The notes beneath the pieces are model-generated. The model saw only the letters and a list, made by a program, of their open reading frames with translations. It was not told the origin of the DNA and made no database searches. The translations under genes were made by a program, and so were the position numbers. A DNA stretch of 32,000 bases, taken from the NCBI RefSeq assembly GCF_000008665.1, contig NC_000917.1:360001-392000 (forward strand), given 5' to 3'. Positions 17,505 through 25,327 of this stretch are shown here, one piece after another (within the stretch, counting starts at the first letter, position 1; every line of letters begins with the position of its first letter). Source of the stretch: Archaeoglobus fulgidus DSM 4304. Its GTDB lineage: Archaea; Halobacteriota; Archaeoglobi; Archaeoglobales; Archaeoglobaceae.

Positions 17505-17978
17505 TATCCCTCCCCTACCGTAATCGAGTTGCTGAGAACTGTTATCATCCTTGCGATGCCCTCTGGAATCTCAGTCCGCTTTACCTTTATCTTGATGTTA
17601 AGCTCTCCGTTGAGGTCTGTCTTTGTTTCAGCTTTTGGTGCGTAGACGCATACAGCGGCACGAACTTCCCCTTCTGCTGCTTTGACGTTGCAACAATCTT
17701 CGCGCTGAAGTCTATCTCCGCCTCGTCGATGCTGAGGTAGGGAACGGGAACCAATGTGAGAAGCGGGATTTTTACCCTGTTCTTCTCACTCACAGCCCCC
17801 TTTCTGGATCGAAAACCGTTTGCTCGTAAGCCAGCTCAATGCCCTTGGGCTTTCCGTTCTCGTCGATCAGACTTGTTAGAAACTCCACGGTTGCGTTAGC
17901 TGACTCCTGCTGGGCCTCCACCATCGACCTGAGTGGGGTTGCGATAATCTGATCCAGCAGTAAAGCTACGTTGACCAA
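17504..17978 (-). pseudogene. Paralogue B of the same family, split into three reading-frame segments by two 1-nt deficits in G-runs
   Basis: Segment 1 is 17978..17790, segment 2 is 17793..~17670 and segment 3 is ~17670..17504. Segment 3 is my own translation: [55 protein letters not shown]. All three align collinearly with paralogue A. The junctions fall at C5 (17796-17800) and C4 (17668-17671) on the plus strand. The reconstructed stop overlaps the paralogue C start (TAATG). Confidence 0.6.
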
Positions 17979-17991
17979 TCAAAGCACCTCT

Positions 17992-18564
17992 TTACCCTGT
18001 TCCCCCACCTGAAGCTCCAGCAGGAGCTATGCTCTCCTTCAGCAGGCTGAGCAGAGTTCTCATACCTTCAGGCATTTCATCCTGCACAGCATTGACGGTG
18101 ATGTCAAGCTCCGAGCTTCTGTCAACCTGGGACCTGCTCTCCTTCTTGAATCCGTAAGAGGCTGTGAGCTTCACGCTTCCCCAGCCCCATCCTGCTTTTG
18201 CTGTAAGCTTGCTGGCGAAGTCGTGCTGAGTTTTGTCCTGCGCAGAGGTCTTTATGGTGAAGTTGAAGTGGACCGTCATGTCCTTTATCCTGATGAAGGG
18301 CACGGGAAGAATCGTCAGCAAGGGTGCCTCAACTGTCGTGTCAACGTCCGTAACGTCTCCCGTTTCCGGGTCGAGCTCCTTTCTCTTGAATTTGAATGTT
18401 ACCGTCTTAACATTCCCGTCGTCGTCAAGCCCAACCTCCTGAACGAATCGTGCTGTGGTCATCGCTGCAAAGGCCTGAGCCCTCACAGCGGCCTCAAGCG
18501 GTTTGCCAATCAAACTCTCTATCGGCAGAGCGGCAAGCTCTGCTGGTATATTTGCGCCAACCAT
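17992..18564 (-). CDS. Uncharacterised protein, paralogue A (intact, 190 aa); reminiscent of the DUF2589 family
   Basis: The ATG at 18564 lies 4 nt after the strong SD GGAGGTGA. The protein has an N-terminal amphipathic helix (LPIESLIGKPLEAAVRAQAFAAMTTARFVQ). Then come beta-rich segments (VEAPLLTILPVPFIRIKDMTVHFNFTIK, GWGWGSVKLTASYGF, SELDITVNAVQDEMPEG) and a Gly-rich tail. The DUF2589 label is from memory and unverified. Confidence 0.8.
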   Translation of the reverse strand: MVGANIPAELAALPIESLIGKPLEAAVRAQAFAAMTTARFVQEVGLDDDGNVKTVTFKFKRKELDPETGDVTDVDTTVEAPLLTILPVPFIRIKDMTVHFNFTIKTSAQDKTQHDFASKLTAKAGWGWGSVKLTASYGFKKESRSQVDRSSELDITVNAVQDEMPEGMRTLLSLLKESIAPAGASGGGTG

Positions 18565-18622
18565 ACAATCACCTCCGGTCAATTAAAGTGCCAATTGCTG
18601 GCAAATAATTCTTAATTCTGAG

Positions 18623-19162
18623 TTATTTAAGTTTTTCCACCACACTATGTAAAATCCTGCTGAAGTTTTCGCAATTCACCGAGGTCTTGTAATCTTTAAG
18701 CAAAGTTTTTTCAATTTCAATTCCAAATCTTCTCAAGTACATGCAAAACTGTGTGAGGTTGGATGGGCGGTCCTTGAACCTCGCCCTCTCGAAGTCGATG
18801 AGGTAAACATCATCCCCAACTATTATGTGCTTGTCCGGATGGTTCATCTCCTGCTTTTCAACCCCCATTACATCCATAATGAAGCAGGCCTCAAGAGCTC
18901 TCTCGACAGCCTTTCTGATGAAAGCTTCGTCAAACCTTCTACCCCTCAGCCTCTCCATCACTATTCTGAGATTTGCAAAATCGACGAAGTAAAGCTTAGG
19001 GGTGAAGAAGAAAGGCTGGAGGAGCGTGAGGAACTTAACCTCCTTCAGAAAGTTGTACCTGAACCTCTCGTGAAACTGCTTTATCGCGTATTTTTCCGTC
19101 AAATAGACGACTGAATGCCTACCCTTTCGCAGCTCTAACGATTCTCCTAACTCTCTCGGCAT
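18623..19162 (-). CDS. Minimal atypical protein-kinase-like protein (Bud32/RIO/KdkA-like fold)
   Basis: The 179-aa ORF has a VAIK-like Lys (KYAIKQF), a catalytic-loop-like NHPDKHIIVGDD and a DFG-like LIDFERA. The expected catalytic-loop Asn is not obvious. The ATG at 19162 is preferred. The gene overlaps the btpA 3' end by 44 nt. Confidence 0.55.
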   Translation of the reverse strand: MPRELGESLELRKGRHSVVYLTEKYAIKQFHERFRYNFLKEVKFLTLLQPFFFTPKLYFVDFANLRIVMERLRGRRFDEAFIRKAVERALEACFIMDVMGVEKQEMNHPDKHIIVGDDVYLIDFERARFKDRPSNLTQFCMYLRRFGIEIEKTLLKDYKTSVNCENFSRILHSVVEKLK

Positions 19163-19859
19163 CAACCAATCCGCCCCGCTTTATGTAGGTGCCAACAATA
19201 ACTCCGTCGCACCACTTCAAAATTCTGGCAGCATTCTCCGCGTTAACACCGCTTCCGGCGAGAACAGGCATTTTCAAAGTTTTTTTGGCGTATTTCAGCT
19301 CTTCCAAAGAAACTTCTCCACCTGTCGTTTTTCCCGTCAAAATCACCGCGTCCGCAAGACTCCTCTCGGCATTTAGGCAGTAATCCTCAAGTGAGGCGAA
19401 GTGTACAGCGTGTTTCACTGCAATGTCCGCAAAAATCATCGCCCTGCAGTCAACCAGCTTTTTGTACCTCATCACCTCTCCGGCCTTCCCCTCAAGAATT
19501 CCTTCAGGGGAGACGGAAGTGAAGAAAAGCTGGTTAACTCTAACAAAGTCGGCGTTTACGGCTTTGGCAATGGCTAATGCCGCAACGGCGTCGTTTCTGA
19601 GCACATTTATCCCCAGCCCGATGGAAACATCCCTCTTAACCTCGCAGGCTATTACAGTCATCGCAGCGACGGTTTCCTTGCCAACTTCCTTCAAAAAAGG
19701 TTTATCGCCGTAGTTTTCGAGTATTAGCGCGTCCGCACCACCCTCCTCAATTGCCCTGGCATCCTTTACGGCTTTGTCTATTACCGCACTCAGGTCAGTG
19801 TGCTCGGGTGAGCCCGGAAGGGGAAGGAGGTGAACCACGCCGATTACGGTCTTCTCCAT
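19119..19859 (-). CDS. BtpA/SgcQ-family TIM-barrel protein
   Basis: VIGVVHLLPLPGSP...GADALILENYGDKPF...GINVLRND...GSGV is typical of the BtpA family (COG0434). Confidence 0.8.
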   Translation of the reverse strand: MEKTVIGVVHLLPLPGSPEHTDLSAVIDKAVKDARAIEEGGADALILENYGDKPFLKEVGKETVAAMTVIACEVKRDVSIGLGINVLRNDAVAALAIAKAVNADFVRVNQLFFTSVSPEGILEGKAGEVMRYKKLVDCRAMIFADIAVKHAVHFASLEDYCLNAERSLADAVILTGKTTGGEVSLEELKYAKKTLKMPVLAGSGVNAENAARILKWCDGVIVGTYIKRGGLVDAERVRRIVRAAKG

Positions 19860-20080
19860 ACTACCTCCTCTCCGTACCTTATTTCCACAATCCTGTGGTG
19901 GGGAATGGCTGCGCCGCTGTAAAGGTAGATAAACATGTGGCCTATCTCCTTTATGTCATCACCGCTTACCTCGCTGTAGCCCTTTGGCCTGTCTATGTAT
20001 CGAATTCTAACTTTGGAAAAATCAAATTCGGGATGCCACCTGAATTTATCCAAAATTTCTTTGATGCTATATCTCCTCAT
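19844..20080 (-). CDS. UPF0248/DUF504-family small protein
   Basis: The 78-aa ORF reads ILDKFRWHPEFDFSKVRIRYIDR...IPHHRIVEIRYGEEVVWRR, matching my memory of the archaeal UPF0248 family. It overlaps both neighbours by 14-16 nt. Confidence 0.65.
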   Translation of the reverse strand: MRRYSIKEILDKFRWHPEFDFSKVRIRYIDRPKGYSEVSGDDIKEIGHMFIYLYSGAAIPHHRIVEIRYGEEVVWRRP

Positions 20081-20582
20081 CCTTCGCTAGCTCAATAAGC
20101 TGCCCCTTCAGGTTCAGCTTGAGGGAGCGCTTGGCTATAGCCCTCAGAAACAGAGGGTCGAGGTTCAAATCCTTGGTGATGTACGTCACCGACGTTCTTC
20201 CAGCCTCAATTTCCTTGATTATTTCTCTGACGTACTCCTCAACTTCATCATCGCTCATGAATACGACTTCGAGAACTTTGTTGAGGTCTTTCAGCGAAAT
20301 GTAGAAGTTCGCGCTCACGTGGGTGTAGCTCACGTGGTACTCCTTCTCCGGCTTTCCTCCGGGATCAGATGGCATTCTCCACTTCGCCTCAAGCATCCCT
20401 GCATTCTTCAGTATCCTAAGGGCGTCCCTGTATCCCTCACCTATCATCTCCTCAAGCTCTCTCGCCGTGTACCATCCCTCAAGAAGTGCGTTGTAAACCT
20501 TCCTGTAAGTTTCGGTTGAGAGGAGATGAAATATCGGGATTAGCTCCACCACATCGTTAATCAACTTGGCTCTCTTTACCAT
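20067..20582 (-). CDS. Predicted winged-helix transcriptional regulator (ArsR-like)
   Basis: The N-terminal wHTH-like region is ETYRKVYNALLEGWYTARELEEMIGEGYRDALRILKNAGMLEAKW. The gene sits in the same tightly packed minus-strand array. Confidence 0.55.
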   Translation of the reverse strand: MVKRAKLINDVVELIPIFHLLSTETYRKVYNALLEGWYTARELEEMIGEGYRDALRILKNAGMLEAKWRMPSDPGGKPEKEYHVSYTHVSANFYISLKDLNKVLEVVFMSDDEVEEYVREIIKEIEAGRTSVTYITKDLNLDPLFLRAIAKRSLKLNLKGQLIELAKDEEI

Positions 20583-20607
20583 CTGTTTTTTCTTAACCTC
20601 AGGTCAA

Positions 20608-21339
20608 TTATATTTTTCTATCCTCATGGTTTTGGCAAACTCTTGCGAACCTTACAACATCCCCAACGACGATTAGCGCAGGGCTATCAAAATTAAAATC
20701 TCTCTCAACAAGCTCAGAAAGCTTTGTAATAGTAACCCTCTGGTTTTTCATGCTCCCTCTCTCGATTACCGCCACGTCTCTATCTGCATCCACCCCTGAT
20801 TCAATCAGGTTTCTGGCAACATCCTTGGCCGTGCAGCCCCCCATCAGAATCACGAGCGTCCCCTTCTCGTGCAGTTCTCTTATTCTCCCAGAGTCACTTC
20901 CGCTCACAACAAGAAAGCCGAATGCGTTTTCTGCTTCGGTAAGGGGAATTCCTGAGCAAACCGGCGCACCGTTTACGGAGCTAACGCCCGGAACAACCTC
21001 AAAGGGGATTCTATTCTCAACCAAAAATTCAATCTCCTCAGCCATTCTGCCGAAAATTCCCGGATCTCCTCCTTTCAGTCTCACGATCTTCTTTCCTTCT
21101 TCAAAGTACTTCTTCATCAGCCTGTTTATCTCTTTCTGCCTTTTTTCTCCTTTCTCCCCTCTCTCCTTGCCAACATAGACAACCTCTTTGCCAAGGGTTT
21201 TAAGGAAGGACTCAATTTCCTCCCCAACTAGCCTGTCGTACAGAATTACATCAGCCTCCTGAAGCAGCCTGTATGCTTTCAGAGTTAAAAGCTCGAAGTT
21301 TCCGGGACCAGCTCCAACTATGTAAACCTTTCCACCCAC
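20608..21339 (-). CDS. cobA: Uroporphyrinogen-III C-methyltransferase (SUMT; first committed step to siroheme/precorrin-2)
   Basis: VYIVGAGPGNFELLTLKAYRLLQEADVILYDRL plus RLKGGDPGIFGR and VVPGVSS are canonical SUMT motifs. The start is a GTG. The gene is divergent from dsrA. Confidence 0.9.
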   Translation of the reverse strand: MGGKVYIVGAGPGNFELLTLKAYRLLQEADVILYDRLVGEEIESFLKTLGKEVVYVGKERGEKGEKRQKEINRLMKKYFEEGKKIVRLKGGDPGIFGRMAEEIEFLVENRIPFEVVPGVSSVNGAPVCSGIPLTEAENAFGFLVVSGSDSGRIRELHEKGTLVILMGGCTAKDVARNLIESGVDADRDVAVIERGSMKNQRVTITKLSELVERDFNFDSPALIVVGDVVRFARVCQNHEDRKI

Positions 21340-21414
21340 AAGGGGGAGTTGTGGGAAGGTTAAAAAACTTCTCGATTGCAGATATTTTTAGGTAAGCTTA
21401 AACCAGAAAGCGCA

Positions 21415-21435
21415 AATTTCGAAATTCTTATATAT
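21415..21435 (+). promoter_or_regulatory. dsrA promoter: 12-bp perfect palindrome abutting the TATA box
   Basis: aatttcgaaatt (21415-21426) is followed directly by the TATA ttatatat (21428-21435). The SD ggaggtga at 21466-21473 precedes the ATG at 21478. Confidence 0.5.
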
Positions 21436-21477
21436 TGCCTAAAAAGAGGGGGACTTGCAATTACAGGAGGTGAACGA

Positions 21478-22734
21478 ATGTCAGAAACTCCTTTGCTTGA
21501 TGAATTAGAAAAGGGGCCTTGGCCAAGTTTTGTAAAGGAAATCAAGAAGACAGCAGAATTGATGGAAAAGGCTGCTGCCGAGGGTAAGGATGTGAAAATG
21601 CCGAAGGGCGCAAGAGGCTTGCTCAAGCAGCTTGAAATCTCCTATAAAGACAAGAAGACGCACTGGAAGCACGGAGGTATTGTCTCGGTTGTAGGCTACG
21701 GTGGAGGTGTTATCGGCAGGTACTCCGACCTCGGAGAGCAGATTCCAGAAGTTGAGCACTTCCACACAATGCGTATAAACCAGCCCTCAGGATGGTTCTA
21801 TTCGACAAAGGCCCTCAGAGGACTTTGTGACGTATGGGAGAAGTGGGGAAGCGGTCTGACCAACTTCCACGGCTCGACTGGAGATATCATCTTCCTCGGA
21901 ACGAGGAGTGAGTACCTCCAGCCGTGCTTTGAGGACTTGGGTAACCTCGAAATCCCCTTCGACATTGGAGGAAGCGGCTCCGATCTCAGAACACCCTCAG
22001 CCTGTATGGGTCCAGCACTCTGTGAGTTTGCCTGCTACGATACGCTGGAGCTCTGCTACGACCTCACAATGACCTATCAGGATGAGCTTCACAGGCCCAT
22101 GTGGCCCTACAAGTTCAAGATAAAGTGCGCCGGCTGTCCGAACGACTGTGTTGCCTCAAAGGCGAGGTCAGACTTCGCCATTATCGGAACCTGGAAGGAT
22201 GACATCAAGGTTGACCAGGAGGCAGTTAAGGAGTATGCATCCTGGATGGACATCGAGAATGAGGTCGTAAAGCTCTGCCCAACTGGAGCCATCAAGTGGG
22301 ATGGGAAGGAGCTCACGATCGACAACAGAGAATGTGTCAGATGTATGCACTGTATAAACAAGATGCCAAAAGCTCTCAAGCCAGGTGATGAGAGAGGAGC
22401 AACAATCCTCATCGGTGGTAAGGCACCTTTCGTTGAGGGTGCTGTCATTGGATGGGTTGCAGTTCCATTCGTAGAGGTTGAGAAACCCTACGATGAAATC
22501 AAGGAGATTCTTGAAGCCATCTGGGACTGGTGGGACGAGGAAGGCAAGTTCAGAGAAAGAATCGGGGAGTTAATCTGGAGAAAGGGAATGAGGGAGTTCC
22601 TCAAGGTCATCGGCAGAGAAGCAGATGTGAGAATGGTGAAGGCACCAAGAAACAACCCGTTCATGTTCTTCGAGAAGGACGAGTTGAAGCCGTCGGCATA
22701 TACTGAAGAATTGAAGAAGAGGGGGATGTGGTAA
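21478..22734 (+). CDS. dsrA: Dissimilatory sulfite reductase alpha subunit
   Basis: The product is 418 aa from the SD-preceded ATG. The siroheme-[4Fe-4S] Cys cluster is CMGPALC...CAGCPNDC. A ferredoxin-like insert (CPTGAI...[12 protein letters not shown]) is present. The gene is followed by dsrB and dsrD. Confidence 0.97.
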
Positions 22735-23834
22735 TGGTAGTTGAGGGTGTTAAAACGGATTTTGGTCCACCATACTTCAGGGACCTTCTCCACCCGGTTA
22801 TAGCCAAAAACTACGGCAAGTGGAAGTATCATGAAGTAGTAAAGCCGGGTGTCATTAAGAGAGTTGCTGAGAGCGGAGATGTCATTTACGTTGTAAGGTT
22901 CGGAACTCCAAGACTTCTGAGCATATACACGGTAAGAGAACTCTGTGACATTGCCGACAAATACTCTGACGGCTATTTGAGATGGACGAGCAGAAACAAC
23001 GTCGAGTTTTTCGTAACTGACGAGAGCAAGATTGATGATTTGATTAACGAGGTGCAGGAGAGAGTTGGCTTCCCATGTGGTGGAACATGGGATGCTGTTA
23101 AGGGAGAATACGGGCTGAGCAACATTGTCCACACTCAGGGCTGGATTCACTGCCACACTCCAGCCATTGACGCTTCTGGTATTGTAAAGGCTGTGATGGA
23201 TGAGCTTTACGAGTACTTCACCGACCACAAGCTGCCTGCAATGTGCAGAATCAGCCTTGCCTGCTGTGCAAACATGTGTGGTGCTGTCCACGCTTCAGAT
23301 ATTGCAATTGTCGGTATCCACAGAACACCTCCAATACCCAACGACGAGGCCATCAGAAAGACCTGTGAGATTCCGTCAACAGTGGCTGCATGTCCAACAG
23401 GAGCCCTCAAGCCGGACATGAAGAACAAGACCATCAAGGTTGACGTGGAGAAGTGCATGTACTGCGGTAACTGCTACACGATGTGCCCCGGCATGCCACT
23501 CTTCGACCCTGAGAACGATGGAGCTGCAATCATGGTCGGAGGTAAACTCTCTGAAGCAAGGAGAATGCCAGAGCTTTCAAAGGTCGTGGTGCCGTGGGTG
23601 CCCAACGAGCCACCGAGATGGCCCACTCTGGTTAAGTACGTAAAGCAGATTCTTGAAGCGTGGGCAGCCAATGCAAACAAGCACGAAAGGCTGATAGAGT
23701 GGGTTGACAGAATCGGCTGGGAGAGGTTCTTCGAGCTCACAGGCCTCGAATTCACACAGCACCTCATCGACGACTACAGAATCACTCCATACTTCTACAG
23801 CGAGTTCAGAGCTTCAACGCAGTTCAAGTGGTAA
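22734..23834 (+). CDS. dsrB: Dissimilatory sulfite reductase beta subunit
   Basis: The product is 366 aa, and its ATG overlaps the dsrA TAA (TAATG). Motifs include [25 protein letters not shown] and [12 protein letters not shown]. Confidence 0.97.
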   Translation: MVVEGVKTDFGPPYFRDLLHPVIAKNYGKWKYHEVVKPGVIKRVAESGDVIYVVRFGTPRLLSIYTVRELCDIADKYSDGYLRWTSRNNVEFFVTDESKIDDLINEVQERVGFPCGGTWDAVKGEYGLSNIVHTQGWIHCHTPAIDASGIVKAVMDELYEYFTDHKLPAMCRISLACCANMCGAVHASDIAIVGIHRTPPIPNDEAIRKTCEIPSTVAACPTGALKPDMKNKTIKVDVEKCMYCGNCYTMCPGMPLFDPENDGAAIMVGGKLSEARRMPELSKVVVPWVPNEPPRWPTLVKYVKQILEAWAANANKHERLIEWVDRIGWERFFELTGLEFTQHLIDDYRITPYFYSEFRASTQFKW

Positions 23835-23875
23835 ATTTATAAACACTTCCACCAATTTTTTTAAGGTGACCTAAA

Positions 23876-24109
23876 ATGGCGGATTATACGGAAGAGGATA
23901 AGCAAAAGGTTCTGGCGCAGCTCAGCAAGAAGACTTGGAAGATTCCTGAACTGGCAAAAATCCTCAAAATGGACAAGAAAGTCGTTAAGAAGATCGTGCA
24001 GGATTTGATTAATGAAGGGGTTGCCGGATACTGGAGCTCCGGCTCAACAACCTACGTCGCTACCAAAGAGTACATCGAGGAGCTTGAGAAGAAGAGAGCT
24101 GAAGGTTAA
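23876..24109 (+). CDS. dsrD: DsrD (small winged-helix protein of the dsr locus)
   Basis: The 77-aa ORF is Lys-rich with a wHTH (WKIPELAKILKMDKKVVKKIVQDLINEGVAGYWSSGSTTY). It lies immediately after dsrAB, with the SD aaggtga upstream. Confidence 0.9.
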   Translation: MADYTEEDKQKVLAQLSKKTWKIPELAKILKMDKKVVKKIVQDLINEGVAGYWSSGSTTYVATKEYIEELEKKRAEG

Positions 24110-24124
24110 TTCTTCTTTTATTTT
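24110..24124 (+). terminator. Oligo-T/pyrimidine tract after dsrD (candidate archaeal intrinsic terminator)
   Basis: ttcttcttttatttt lies directly after the dsrD stop and abuts the next ATG at 24125. Confidence 0.3.
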
Positions 24125-25063
24125 ATGTTTTTTGAGTTTAAAAAGCATTTCTGGAAAAATCCTGTCCTGTCCCTCGAAATTTCGAGAATTCTGTGCAATG
24201 CATCATCCTACGTCCTGCCGCAGGGGATTCTTAAGGTTGAGGAGGGTGCCTTTGATGCCATAAACCGAAAATTTGACGATTTTATGGAAGGCAAAGCTGA
24301 GGTTGACGAGCTGATGGCCGAGGCTGATAGGCTGGAGGAGAAGCTCAATGAGCAACTAAACAGAAATTTCGGTTACTTGCACGAACTGGGACTTGAGCCA
24401 CACGCAAAAGTCGCCTTTGTAAGCAGAATTCTCAGCAGGGGATTTGTTTATCCGGACGTTCAGATTTTTGTGGGTAAAAGAGCTTGCAAAAAACTGAGAG
24501 AGCTTTCAAAGGTTGAGAGAAGGATTCTCGAAGGTAGAATTGAGCTGGGAAAGGGCAGAGAGAAGCTTTTGCGGCTGGAAGGTAAGCTGCTCGGCTACCC
24601 TGATTGCTGCGTTGGAAGCTACATAGAGAGCAAGAGGGGTTTTCCGGCTGAGAGCAGGTTTATCATGGAGTGTGCTGAAAAGGGTGTTTTCGTCAAGTCA
24701 TTAAAGGCGTTAAAGTCCTCGAAGCTCATTTCTATCCCCTATCTCTTCACATCCAACTTTTACCCGTGCAGCATTGAGTGCAGCAAAGCGGTAAAAGTCG
24801 GGCTCAAAATCCAAGAATGGCTTGATGAGTTTGAGGACGCTTTTAAGCTGAGAAGCATGCTTATAGCACTATTTTATGCTGCAACTGCGCTGAGAGCTTC
24901 TAAAGCTGCTGGCAATTACGGAGAGAAGCTTAGAAGCTTTTTCTCAAGTCTTTCACCAGGTGATATTGGTTTGATAGAAACGCTTGAAAGACACAGCGGT
25001 AACCAGGCGGAGTTTACAAACCTATTCATAGCTCGCATACTAGGCGGTTTTTCAAAAGGGTGA
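24125..25063 (+). CDS. Uncharacterised Cys-motif protein (DUF483-like)
   Basis: The 312-aa ORF has conserved-looking [12 protein letters not shown] and [11 protein letters not shown] motifs (CC...C...C). The DUF483 label is from memory and unverified. Confidence 0.65.
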
Positions 25064-25135
25064 AAAATCGGGGAAAATCAAAAAAATTAAATACTTCTTT
25101 CTGACTTCTCATTGGAATTCTGGAGGTGATGTTAA

Positions 25136-25327
25136 ATGGCTGAAATAAACGTTGATCAGGACAAGTGCAGCGGATGTGGAGAGTGCATTTCCGTTTGCCC
25201 CGGAGGAGTGTTTGAGTTCAACGACGACGGGAAGAGCTACCCGGCAAACCCGGACGAGTGTCAGGAGTGCTGCTCCTGCGTTGAGGTCTGCCCTGAGGGG
25301 GCAATCACCGTAGACGTCTGCGAGTGA
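25136..25327 (+). CDS. 2x[4Fe-4S] ferredoxin
   Basis: The 63-aa ORF has CSGCGECISVCP and CQECCSCVEVCP motifs. The SD ggaggtga lies at 25121-25128. Confidence 0.9.
   Translation: MAEINVDQDKCSGCGECISVCPGGVFEFNDDGKSYPANPDECQECCSCVEVCPEGAITVDVCE

Noticed and set aside
21376-21477. 34-codon N-terminal extension of the dsrA ORF in the track
   Set aside because: The extension would run through the promoter/TATA region. The internal ATG at 21478 has a perfect SD (ggaggtga) and gives the expected 418-aa DsrA.
22488-23291. 267-aa minus-strand ORF across the dsrA/dsrB junction
   Set aside because: It is entirely antisense to dsrA and dsrB, which are unambiguous. It is an antisense shadow ORF that happens to lack stop codons, with no motifs of its own.
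25261-25327. 67-nt convergent overlap of the ferredoxin and GTPase coding regions
   Set aside because: It is most simply explained by the GTPase frame lacking a stop until it has run into the ferredoxin gene. The tail (HSQTSTVIAPSGQTSTQEQHS) looks unstructured. I see no evidence of functional antisense regulation from sequence alone.
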